Positions 1 to 11,759 of a DNA stretch of 64,000 bases are shown here, piece after piece. Each line of letters begins with the position of its first letter. Positions within the stretch are counted from its first letter, which is position 1. Position numbers and translations under genes: made by a program. Under the pieces are notes generated by a model that saw nothing but the letters and a program-made list of their open reading frames with translations, did no database searches and was not told the origin of the DNA. Origin of the DNA: Phoronis australis (lineage: Eukaryota > Animalia > Phoronida); contig NMRA01000514.1 of NCBI GenBank assembly GCA_002633005.1, positions 1 through 64,000 of the forward strand, given 5' to 3'.

Positions 1-84
1 AGTATTCAGTTCAAGGGAACCGCGGGTATGTAAAAATACTTGTGGGCAATACTTTATAGCACAGGGGTTGAAGGTAAGTACACT

Positions 85-745
85 ACACGGGTTAACGTAC
101 ACTACACTTCAATGACTTGTCAGGTTAATAACAATTCCTTGGAATATACTGAGAGTTAGGTCATTTACCAAATGTATTCAGAGAGAACAAATAAAAAGTA
201 CAGCATACACGTGCATTTCTGTCTGTCATTCTTTGAACACAGGCACTTGTTAAAATATAGGGGTAGTTGCACTACATAAATGCTAATATTGCACTCAAAA
301 CAAATGTATTTGTAAGTAACACCCTTTAACCTAGCTTTTTAATTGAGGAACCTGTCTGTGACAAGTGTTGCTTACCAACCGTGTAATGTTTTTGCTTCAT
401 GTTATTTGTTCACGTCGGGGTACGTACAATACATGTCAATGACATGTCAGGTTTGTAACGAAATACTGAGAATCTATGGAGAGATAGCTGATTTACTATG
501 TCAATTCAAAGAGGAAAAATAAAAAGCACACATACATGTATCTGCCATACTTTGAAAATTAAAATAATGGGGTATTTACCTTACGCAAATGCAAAAAATT
601 CACTCAAAACAAATGTATTCGCAACAAACACCCATTCAACCTAACATTTGAAGGAAGGACACTGTCTTTGACCAATGCTGCTCACTTACCAACTGATATT
701 TTAATTTCATGGCATTTGTAAACATTGGGGTACGTACACTACATC
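85..745. repeat. Degenerate tandem duplication, period about 310 bp
   Basis: CACTCAAAACAAATGTATT at about 292 and 601; GGGGTACGTAC at about 417 and 727. Confidence 0.7.
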
Positions 746-1689
746 ACTTTTTCTGCATCACATGGTAACACAATGCTGTATGGATCATGAAACGGGTAGC
801 ATAGAATCGGTAAGAAATCAATATTGGCACTAATTTCCGACAATTTCTAATACCATAAAACATGTTTGCGTTATTTTTGAGATGGATTGTTTGATTAACC
901 ATAATTGGTGTTTTTAAGCCGAATATCCGATAAAATGACCACTGATAGTGAATGCTTACACACCCTTACACTGAAAAATAACTGTCAGATAGTCACGTAT
1001 GCCGCATCCAGCCACACGGCAACTAATATGGCCTTACCGAGACAAATGTCGAACGTTTTAGCACGAGACCGGCAAGTGCTGAATGAAACACGCTCTGGCT
1101 TACTCCTACTGCTTGCGCAAATTTCTTTAGACACAATGCACATCTAGCTCGTTAGATTGTGTGGCTTTGACAAATGAACTCTGGTGACACGCACGCGCTC
1201 CTTACTCACAAACGCAGACAAACTTCAAAACAAACGTAACGTGACAACAACATGTGTGTTCGTCCAGACATTTTTCTCGCCGTTTTGCCGATCATACATG
1301 TAGATGGCACGATGTTGCACAGATTTGTACTTAAACCTGCCGCTAATCCAGACTCCACGGTTACTTAAAAAAAATCTTAGGGACGCTACTTAGAAAACTG
1401 AATAAAGATTTCAGGTAATTAGCTTGAGTCGAAACTATTTTTATTCAAGCTTTGAAGTCGCCATATCGAAGATGGCAATTTCGAGGCAGTTAGTCGGCGA
1501 GTTTACAGACTGGGATTTCAGCACAATTTTCTGTAAAATGATTGTAATTTAGCTGCAAAGTTTAATAGCAATGCACCACAGTTTTGTTGAAAGTCTTTCA
1601 TAGATTACAGATTCGTCACAGGGCATAAATTTGATGAATCTTAGCTTCCGATTTTATCCGTTTCGGAGACCGGGTTACAACCGCCTTGG

Positions 1690-1759
1690 GGTATAATAAG
1701 CACCCCCCTGAACCGAACTTTTCTAAGCGCCCTGGGCGGTTATTACGGCGAATACGGTA
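1690..1759. mobile_element. Terminal inverted repeat of a Tc1/mariner-pogo-type DNA element
   Basis: Ends GGGCGGTTATTACGGCGAATACGGTA (reverse complement TACCGTATTCGCCGTAATAACCGCCC); partner TIR not located. Confidence 0.45.
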
Positions 1760-2308
1760 TACATGTATGTGTTTTGCTGAGCCAATCGTCTCCTCGTAGC
1801 GTTCAACGCACTCCCTGTCGCTGCCGGCTGCAGGCCTAGCGTAAAATCTGCTTTTTAGGATACAGTCCTTACCTCAAGTTCTGCAAATCAGCACAATTTC
1901 CACATTTATTATCCAATGCTGTAGTCAACACGGGGAAATGTATCTATTACCATTTACAGTCCAGACGCTGAGACACTAAAATGGACCAAGAAAACTAAGG
2001 AATTCATCGAAGCTAAAACCGTACGACACGAGTGCAGATCACAACTCGGTTGAGGAAATGTTTCAATTTCTATATTCCCGGATGGATTGTTTCTAAGTTT
2101 CCGACAAACGTTATTAAATGGTTGAGTGCTTTAACTTGTATATTTCACAAACTAAAAATTCTGATCAATTTATAATTAAATAAAACTTTACTGCTTATTC
2201 AACAATTTCACAGATTTTCTTGTCGCTTAATCAGCTTGGGTACCATACTTGACATACATATATGGTGTCAACATCCCGGATCACACGGCAACGATGATGG
2301 CAATAAGT

Positions 2309-2309
<1 letters not shown>

Positions 2310-2355
<46 letters not shown>

Positions 2356-2368
2356 CACACACACACAT
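2310..2368. repeat. (CA)n microsatellite
   Basis: Direct reading. Confidence 0.95.
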
Positions 2369-4404
2369 ATTCATTTCATCTGATCAAATGAATTCGCGAT
2401 AGGATATGACGGTATCGTACGGTATGTAGGATAACCTATATTTATCTCATCCTCGTGGTTTGTTTCGCTGTAAACTAGCTTAGGTATCGTTTCACATTTA
2501 GCGTACACAAATATCATTTAAGTATTAAATCATTTTCTGTAAGCTTTACTGCGTCGTCTTCATTATAATAATGTTTTGATTCTCGGGTCATTGACCCTTT
2601 TGGTCGCCTAGTATTGGTTATTTGTAACATGTGATTTATTTGTCTCGTCGCAACACTGTGCCATCATCTATATCTTCTCGTTAACTCAGTACTTTTCATT
2701 AATTTGTCTATATAACCCTCCAGCACTCAATCCATTTATTACTATTTGTTCTCAATTTTCTCATGTCAGTGTCATGCTGTTGCATTGGCATACTGTGACC
2801 CACCTTTATAGGTCAACATCTATATATCAAAACGCTTATTTCGGACCCTGATGTTGACATTCGACTCCGTCGGACAAAAACAAGTCGAGGGCGGCCGCGA
2901 GGTCACCCGCCCCAGCCCGACGCCTTCGTCCCATTCGCTCCTGTGGTGAGAAAGCGCCAGTTTCTGCGGCCTTAAAACCTCGGCGTGATTTTTTCTTTGT
3001 CTTACCATGGCGTGGCTTCAATCGATCCGATGAAGGTGTTTCTTTCTCGAAGCCAAATTACTATTCAGAGTAGGCCTATTCTACCGCAGTCGGCATTTCA
3101 GTTTCCGCCTCATTACGGCGTTCTCCCGTTCAGTGACTTTAGAAGACGTTGAGGGTTGTGAGTGTTTGATAAATTCCAGTTTCTTTGTCAACTGCCAAGC
3201 ACGGTATTTCGTCTGGTAAGACAACAGGCAAGCCAATTATCTACCATGCTTATTACAGTCTCGTGTGAACGGACTAAATCTCAGAGCGATCGGTACAATC
3301 GGAAACAATAGATTGTCGTAACTTCGGTTGTAGTTGTGCGATTTTGGCGATTCAAAAACTAACATGATTAGTATTTGACGCTGAATTTATAAATTCTATT
3401 GGTATATGTTCAAATATGTTATAATTTATCTTTTATTTTAACAGCACAGACCATTCAGGCCGGCTATATGATCTTCAGTATTGGAGATTAGAGCAAAATC
3501 GAACAAAAGAGAGCCAGTCCTCCAACCATAACTGTATCGTTTTTCATCACAGAATAAAATGAACACATGTATTTTTTTGGTTTAGCTGCGTTTATTTCAT
3601 GATATGAACAGTGCCAGGAACAACTGAAACAAAAGCGAAGTGTGTAATGTCAGAACTCGTCATACGGTGCGCAGTGCAATCTTGAACTGGCTCTGAAAAT
3701 GAAGGGAATATGTAGAAATTAAGTTTAACTCTCGAAAATCTTTCAAATTTGGTAAACACCTCAGAAATGGCCGTATACATTAAGCGTTATACCCCAATTG
3801 CTGTCGGGATCACAATATGTCAAAAGTGGCTATCACAAGTTGCCACATCTATAACATTTATGAAAAATTCAAAAGTTCCAGTAACGATTTCATCTTCGAT
3901 TTTTTGAAAATAAAAATGAAATGTGCGGAGTTAAAATAAAATTGAACAAATGTATTCATCACAAAATCAAATGAACAAATGCCATGTTTTTCATCAGTTA
4001 GGTTTACTACATACTATAAAGAGTTGAAAGAACAGCTCATATCAAATTAAACAAATGTAGAAACTGGTAAAATATTTTAAAATCCCTTGAAGTGCATACT
4101 ATAAAAGGAACCAGTCTTTGAATCTTAATTATATATGAAGACAGGCGTGCTTTGGCAATAGACTTCTAAAATGTGCAGCTAAATCACGTCTGCAGACTGC
4201 AAACGGCAAGAACCATGAGATTCTCGGATGATCAAACGAGACTAGATAAGCAACCCATGTAGCCGTGCCTTAAACTGATTCCTCATGGACACGGATACGT
4301 ACTATCGCTGGAGCAATGGACGTCTAGGAAAAGACTGATTAGAGCATACTACGATACATGCCTTATCTATTTGTCTCTTTCTCGCCAAAGCCACGTTCAT
4401 TTAG

Positions 4405-7400
4405 TTAATCGAGGTAATCGTGTTGGAATCCCCATCCTGCAATAACATAAATTATTCAAAACGACTCTAAACATTGAATTCAACTTAAACATGACATAGT
4501 TATTTAGGATATTAATTTTCAAATGACTGAAACATTTTAACAATTCATTAACCAACGGCGTTTTAGATTTTAAGTCACAAGCCATGATTTCTTTGCAACG
4601 CCTCCAGGAACCAAGCTTTGGCGTTTCTTTTCGTGGAAACTTTATTCAAATGGATGGAATTTATGAAACGGCAGTGTAATATATAGACACCGTCATTGAA
4701 TGGCGTCCACCTCAATCACAGCATTCCAGGTAACAATCCAGTTTTCTGTACATTTTGACAGGAGAAATGTAGAAGGAAAACTGTTCAAAATTTGACAATG
4801 TGCACAGAGGTACAAATTGAAATAATAGACGACATGATGACGTTGTTTGATGATCAATTGACGATTGTGACGGTCAAGATGACAATAATGGTGATGATGT
4901 CGATAATGGTGATGGTGTCGATGATGTCGATAATGGTCGCAGTTGTAGTGATGGGCACGACGGTGATATTGATGACTACGACGCTTTTAATGATTGCGGG
5001 TGGTGATGGTGGAAGTGGTGACTATGATGGTGATGGTGATTGTGATGGAGATGATAAAAGTTCAGTGTTTATGGCAAAGAGTACCAAAGTTTAACTCAGA
5101 AACATCAAGTCACAAGTCTTCCCTCAGTGCATTCAACAATTCAAAGCGATTTTCATGTACTATGCCAACAAATCCTACAGACAACGATCTCTCAAAAATC
5201 GATGATTTCTGCGGTTAAAAATTTGCAAATACTAGTTTCATCAAAATGTATATTATAATTTTACAACGTTCGTTACAGTAACACCATCGGTCCTGGACAA
5301 CAACAATTAATAAAATAACGACAGGAGTCTATCAACCTTGCTACAAAAATGTGTTGAGTCGCTTTGTTAAAGCCAGAGCGAAGCGGCCCTTTTGCCTTAG
5401 ACGACAATTTTTCATCACAGAATAAAGTTTTTGCTATTGCTGTGCGAAGCTTAAATATCTCCGAAAACAGAGCTCTAATCGTAATTTATGTTCTGCTGTG
5501 AGTTAGACTAAATTTTCGTGAAACTGACTGTTTGGGTTACCAAAAAGTGTCATGATGGAAAACGTCATTTGAAAACCAGTTTAGGCTTTTTGCATCATTA
5601 ATTTATCAAAAGCAATAGAACGGGGACACAATATCGTAAATTTCCACCCACCAAGAGATTTCACCTCCTGTGACGTATCTGTATCTGTGTCATCTTCTAG
5701 AACACTCTTTATGAACTCCGCAAGGAGAGGAAACTCAATCTAGAATGATTTTAAAACAAAACACTTAAAATGTAATTGTCAGCCCTTATGGAAACTCAAA
5801 TTTACCTTTACTTTGTGAGCCTGTCAAAGAGTTCATGTCTGGCACTTCCCCAGCTTAGCATCGAACGAGAAATATGATAGCGTGGAATCACGTTAAGGCA
5901 ACATTTTCGAAAATTGTTGATTCTGTTTGCAGTTTTGAGAAGCATTTTACACCGCGTACACTGTAAGCACGTATATTTGCTGGTGTTCATTCTTTTTGAG
6001 ACAGACTGGTTGCAGGTAATGTTCACTATAATTCATCGATGGCAAAAGAACAGCTGAGATCACGCAATGGGAGTTCAAAGCTGCCAGTGCTACTTACTGG
6101 TCTGTCATCTTTTTTCAATGCTGTTTTGCAGTTTTCGCACCCTTCGTGTCCGTCATCACACATTGATTGACAGGCCATGAGACTGCAAAGAACAATAATT
6201 GATCAATGGTCTATAAGACACATCTCTAATAGGGAAAAATCGAGTGTCTTCATGATTATTTTTTTCAATAAATTTTCGGAACAAATGTTTGGGTTCGAGA
6301 AAAATCTCAAAAATGCTGACCCTGTGTCTTAAATTGCATTTTTACGTTTTACAGCGTTTTTGGACTTTTTCATTAAATCAAATCGTAATTTTGGTACCAC
6401 ACCATGTAAAATTGAAACATTCCAAAACCATTCTCAAAGAGTTTTGGAGGACGGTACCTAACTCCTTGTTTAATAATTCCAATGGAAGTCGACCAACCCT
6501 TTAACATACGTGATGATACTAAGATAGCCAAATTTTCATTATCTAGATTTGTCCATAACGTTACTGAATGGAAATTGTTCTGCGTACTCTGCGGGTAGAC
6601 GACATATTGGGCGAATGGTAGTTAGGGTTGTTACATTGGCGACATTCTGTTGACGTTTAAAAGGTCCCTGAAGTACAAAAAACATGCATTTCTAACACAA
6701 TTTAGTTGATGACTAAAGTCTGTAGCAGAAATTACATCTTTGTAATTGTTTCACATTTTTGTACAAAAATTGTTTTTCCAATGTTAGTTTTCATCACTGA
6801 GGCTGTACCGTGGGTGAGGACAATGAGATAACTTAAGCTTATTATGTATATACCTCATTAGACATTGCCTCTCGGCTACAGAACTGCGCTTAATGTGTAC
6901 AAATGTAACTCGTCTGCGATCTCGGCTCATAATACAAGTTTACTACCGTGTAGTATTAACTATTAGTGGAACGATGCAGGGGCCCCGACTGCGTAGCCTT
7001 GCCTTGGTGTGCCCACGTGGGTAAAAACTGATCACATAAAATCTGACACAAAATTAAAAGCTAAACACATAATCAACAAGGGCGTGAAGTAGTGAGAAGC
7101 AGTCTTGCACAGATCTCTTCCAGAATGTGCTTTATAAATTGTTTAAAATTGTTCAACTGGTGATAAATACTGGGCAGAGATTCATCATTAAAGCTAGGGA
7201 ACACTCAGAAACCAAAGAGTTAGTTTTGGAGATTCTGTCATATGGTTATATTACACCTGGAATTTCTAAAGGACTGATTTGGTCAAACTGATTCTGATCC
7301 GTGACTACCTGCTTACACTGGGTCACCCCCTGATGTGTGTTTTGCGGTGGCACATCAATAGCACCAAGACCACCATGTTTTAAGTTTGAAAGGACTGTTT

Positions 7401-10400
7401 TCAACACTTGAATACTAAATAGACCGCGCTATAGAGATTTAAAGCTCTGAAAATGGATGCAAAACAAATGGAAGAATGTCTAAAGTGAACGGAAGAAAAA
7501 TTCATCAAGTCTTTTCAGAAAATAATTATACAAGAAATGCTGGAGATCAACACTGAATTTGCAGAGAAGTTCTCACGGAAGAGATTGTTAAACTAAAACA
7601 TTATTCACGGAGAAACAGCAATAGAACATGTAGATTGAAAGAAGAAGATTGACACAGAGAACAGCTTGGAAGTGGTTACAAGCTTTGTGGAGACATCACT
7701 GAGCATCAGGATTGAGCCATCGCTGATTGATAGAGCCCACCGCATTGTAAGACCCCACCTAGAACCAGAAGACTGTCATCCAAAATGGGAAATGATAAAA
7801 ATGAAAATCAGGGAACACACCAAATTTTTTCAAAACGAAACAGGACAACTAATAATGATAGAGAAGTGGAACTCAATTATTTGGTAAACAATTTTGTTGT
7901 CGAATTAAAAAAGGACTACTCCAATAATGAAGCCATAGAAGGCTTGGACAGAGCCAAAGTAAAATTATAATTATTATTAAACATACAAAAAGTAAAAGGA
8001 GAGGTATGATCAGAAGTGGAGCTCATTGGATAGAAAATGGAGAAGGTAACTTCAAATATTTTGGCAACTTGGAAATTCAATGGAATAAACTTTTTAGACG
8101 GAAAAAAATAAAGAATGGGATATATTCCCTGAATATGTTTATAGAAAGTATGGATGTTGTTTATTTTAAAATCTAATTATTCCTATAAAAATTTGCATAG
8201 AGAAAATCTGAGCCTATTGTACACTGATATGTTATGGTCTTGGGAGCAAATAATAGACTACGTTCATAAGAATATTGGCTTGAAATAACAAAAATATTTT
8301 GATTAATGGAAAACTGTGTTCTACATCAGCTATTACAATACTGGAATTGCTTTTGTTCAAGACTTATTAGATTTCGAAAATAAATTATTATCCTGGGAGG
8401 TTTTAAAGCAATTGGACAAAGTACAAGGCAATGAAAATTTCAGATATTCCGATTAATGAAAGAGCTAGCAGCATGCACGACATTGCACCAGATCAGATTG
8501 ATACGCGATAGACAAAATATGTACTACTTTCCAGAGAGACACCAGGTCCTGAATTAGAACACATTTTATTAAAATTATTTGCTGACCAGCAAATTAAACA
8601 GATTCATAGTATGCCTTTTAGAATGTTGCTCTAACCTAATTTGAAAGTTTTTATGTAATATCTCATTCATCAAAAAGTTTACACAAAATGTTTCTTAAAG
8701 AAAACGAAAATAGTCCAAATCGGCATATGCTCATTTTGTGGACTCGTAGAAACTTTTAATCACTTGTTTTTTGGAATGTGAGTATGTACTTTCTTTTTGG
8801 AATAACTTACAAGCTTGGATTTTAAACGTCGTTGGAAATAACCTGTTACTGGGTGAAAAGTGTGTCCTACTATTTGCATACTTTGGAGGGCATGGCTACG
8901 AAATAAATCACATATTAACGTTATCTCGGTGCTTTATATATACTTGTTTGAAGTTTTCATGTATTCCTGTACTTCAGAGATTTCACCCAATTGTATTTGA
9001 CACCATCAAGACAAGGAAAAGTATGAAATCTACAGAATTACCCTGGACTTCCTGTAAATTTTTAAACTCTTATACGTTCAGTGAAAGTGAGAGTGAATGT
9101 GTTCTTGTTTGTTTTCTTTTCTACTGTATTCCATTGTTAGTTTCAGTTTTTTGCAAATAAACTTATTAAAAATAAAAAACACACACTTCCTTGAGTAAAC
9201 AAAATTATTTACCGGTGTTGAAAAAAATGGCGTTCTGCCATTAACTCTGTTGCTGAAATTGGGGTGCGCGGCTTTCGGCGCCGTCACCTGTTGCCTTATA
9301 CAGGTTATTCACGTAGCGGACATTAAAATCCAAAGCGAGGCTCACTGCGAAGAACAAACCGGAAGTTCACACTGCGTGTGTTAAATGGCTGGTCTTTCGA
9401 GTCGAACCAAAGAAATATAGAAAAATACATCAATGCACCAACCAGTTGTCTTACGAAAGGTATAAGTTTTTTCGGAAAACTACGTTCGAAACATGAAAAG
9501 TAAATATGATCAAATTGCGGCGATTGTCAGTGTTACGGATTAGGTATATGCTGAGTGCGATGTTACACTCTTCTTGTAAATTGTTGATAAAAATGCTTTC
9601 TACACGAACCAGGTCATCAGCTCGTATTTTTGGCGAGGTGAAGATATATTTCACAGGGACGGCTTGTTGCATTTTGCTCTCGTATGCAATTCACATCTTG
9701 TTTAATTACATGATCTAGAATATTAAAATCAAGCATAGTCTAGCTCCTGGTAGTGAATTAGGGACAACCTGAGGACTAACAGTTGATCTGTCATTGATCT
9801 TCAAGAAGGATTGGTGTTGTTAAAATTCTCTTTTTATTAAAATATAAAACCAGGCTGGTATTTGAAGCTAAACACTATTTGAACATCAATTCTGTTTTCT
9901 TGTCTTTATTATTCTTCCAACTATTTCATGAGCTAGGTTTCAAATACTGATCTAGACAAGACGAATTTTAAAACTAAAACACCCAGGCTAGTTCGTTCGT
10001 TCAAAGCATAACCTGAAGAAATAAAGCATCCTGATGTATACCTTAATTTCAGCTTAATTTCAATTAACTGGACAGAGCAAGCATAATATACTTTCAGGGG
10101 CCTCGTTTTAAATGTTTATAATGAAATATTCAGTACAATAAATGACGATAGTTTTCATACAGCTAGCTCAGTGGTTGGCTAGGCCACGTGAAGAAAAAAA
10201 GGTTGTGAGTAAGCACAGGTTGATCCGTCGACTGGAATGAGTACTCACACGACCAATGACGTATATCTCTTTGTGTACAGCCTCAGTGACGTCACGAAAA
10301 ACAGAGCTCGTGGTGGGACTTAAGGTTAGTAATAGTTTTTTTTTGTCAAAGTTAAAGTGAAGTACTGTGCTCTATTTAAGATGATGTGAATGCCAGTAAA

Positions 10401-10943
10401 CAACCTTTATACTTTCAAAATTCATATCAAAATGCTGAAATATGTAGTTCATGCCTCTTTAAAAAAGGAAGACTAAAGTCACTGAGCATACCAGAAAATC
10501 AGTGGATGGTGCCGTGACTTAAAACACACACTAAATCATTTGTTTTTACCACTTCAAGAATAGATTGATCAACATGAGCTTTTTGCTCATTTTTGCTTGA
10601 GTTTAAGTATCGTGTTGCTATCATTTTTAGACAGTTAAATCGGTCCTTCAACTTTGAAAGAAATTTGTGTTGCAGAACCAGAAATGCAAACTTGAACTTA
10701 AAATTTCTTTCAATTTGCTCTGCACGTTTTGGAAGAATTAATGTCTGGAACACCGTTGGCCCGTTAAACAGGCTTTAAGGCTCTTCTTTGAACTTACAGC
10801 AATTTGTAGACTTTGCGCCTTATGATGTTCAACGTCAGCTTTGCTCTTATAGGACGTTTCGTCTTAGACAACGATGCTTCGCTTTCCATGGCGAGAGTGC
10901 AGAAAATGACGACCAAGCAGAAAATGGCGACGATCTTCCCCAT
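4405..10943 (-). CDS. Secreted Cys-containing cationic prepropeptide, paralog A (121 aa, spliced; putative host-defence peptide, possibly decaying)
   Basis: Hand-built exons with GT-AG sites and matching phases: 10798-10943, 6098-6182, 5806-5820, 5652-5739, 4405-4436 (366 nt). Translation MGKIVAIFCLVVIFCTLAMESEA|SLSKTKRPIRAKLTLNIIRRKVYKLLLMACQSMCDDGHEGCENCKTALKK|DDRPAHKVKIEFPLLAEFIKSVLEDDTDTDTSQEVKSLGWGFQHDYLD*. Each exon has a counterpart in paralog B. Confidence 0.72.
4828..5056. repeat. Degenerate (GAT/GGT)n low-complexity tract
   Basis: Trinucleotide-rich tract; equivalent tract at 28390-28592 at the corresponding position in paralog B. Confidence 0.8.
7440..9180 (+). mobile_element. Decayed L1/Tx1-clade LINE with internal deletions, in intron 2 of paralog A
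   Basis: ORF1-like IDRAHRI; ORF2-like WEMIKMKIRE and RSGAHWIENGE..FKYF; zinc-finger region CSFCG..ETFNHLF.EC..V.SFW; A-rich 3' end near 9157-9180; many stops and frameshifts. Confidence 0.75.
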
Positions 10944-11759
10944 TGTTGTTTACCTGATACGACATGATAAACAGGAAATGGGTTATGTAATAATAGATCT
11001 AAAGTAAATAGATATAAAGCAGGCAAAAAAAAAACAATTGGACATGTGGGTTCGGACCCACTGCAGCGTGTTGAAACCCTTCAGGTAGAAACGTTCCACT
11101 ACTTGTAGCTGCAATGTGCCTTTCCATCAGGTCTCTCTGTCCTCTGGTATACAACCCTGACACCTGCGGTCAGTTGCATGAAACAGTAGCGGTAGGGAAT
11201 CCAACTATGTTCCCTTAATTTGAAGTGCAATAGTAGACATTGCTTACTCACTAAAATTCAACGTATATTTTAGTGTTGTTATGAATTAATTAGTTTAAAC
11301 GTGACGTACACTGTTACAATGAATATAGAATAGCAAGAGCAGTCAGTGTTCGAAAATGAAAAGATCCACAGATGCGTTGAAATTTATGTAGTTGAGCCCC
11401 AAGTGGAATTGTTTCATTAGTTCCACCGGGAACTCCCTTGACCCAGTATCTCGCTGTCGTATGAATATAAGCTTACGCAGGGGGATTTTCCGCGCAAAGA
11501 CTTCAATTAATTCCACAAATATGGCTTAATAGTATATTTATATCTACTATTGTAAACCTTGGCGTCATCGAGAAGTTGACTAGCATTGGGTTGAACCTGC
11601 ATCCGAACTCACACTTGACTCGTTTACAGCCTCGACATTTAAACAATCACGCTGCATGATTCGAGGTGATACGAGCGCAAATTTGCAAGCTGGCTCGAAG
11701 ACAGTGACACGCAATGAGGCTATTCGACGCGGTATCGCTGCTGTACTAGTTGTGATTGA

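Noticed and set aside
2820-3212. GC-richer exon-like stretch on minus (acceptor before 3212), a possible alternative last exon of paralog A (DEIPCLAVDKETGIYQTLTTLNVF*)
   Set aside because: No homolog in paralog B and no recognisable motif; 4405-4436 is the homologous terminal exon. It cannot be excluded without RNA data.
4792-5218. Met/Val/Asp-rich ORFs (also 28394-28579 and 28576-29025)
   Set aside because: By-products of (GAT/GGT)n low-complexity tracts in introns, antisense to the real genes.
5808-6026. Cys/Lys-rich 72-aa ORF on minus
   Set aside because: Lies almost entirely in the intron between exon 6098-6182 (strong GTAAGT donor) and the micro-exon; it has no counterpart in paralog B.
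10813-11007. Plus-strand ORFs at 10813-11007 and 31271-31504 that resemble each other
   Set aside because: Antisense shadows of the minus-strand signal-peptide exons; ATG context and splice sites support the minus strand.
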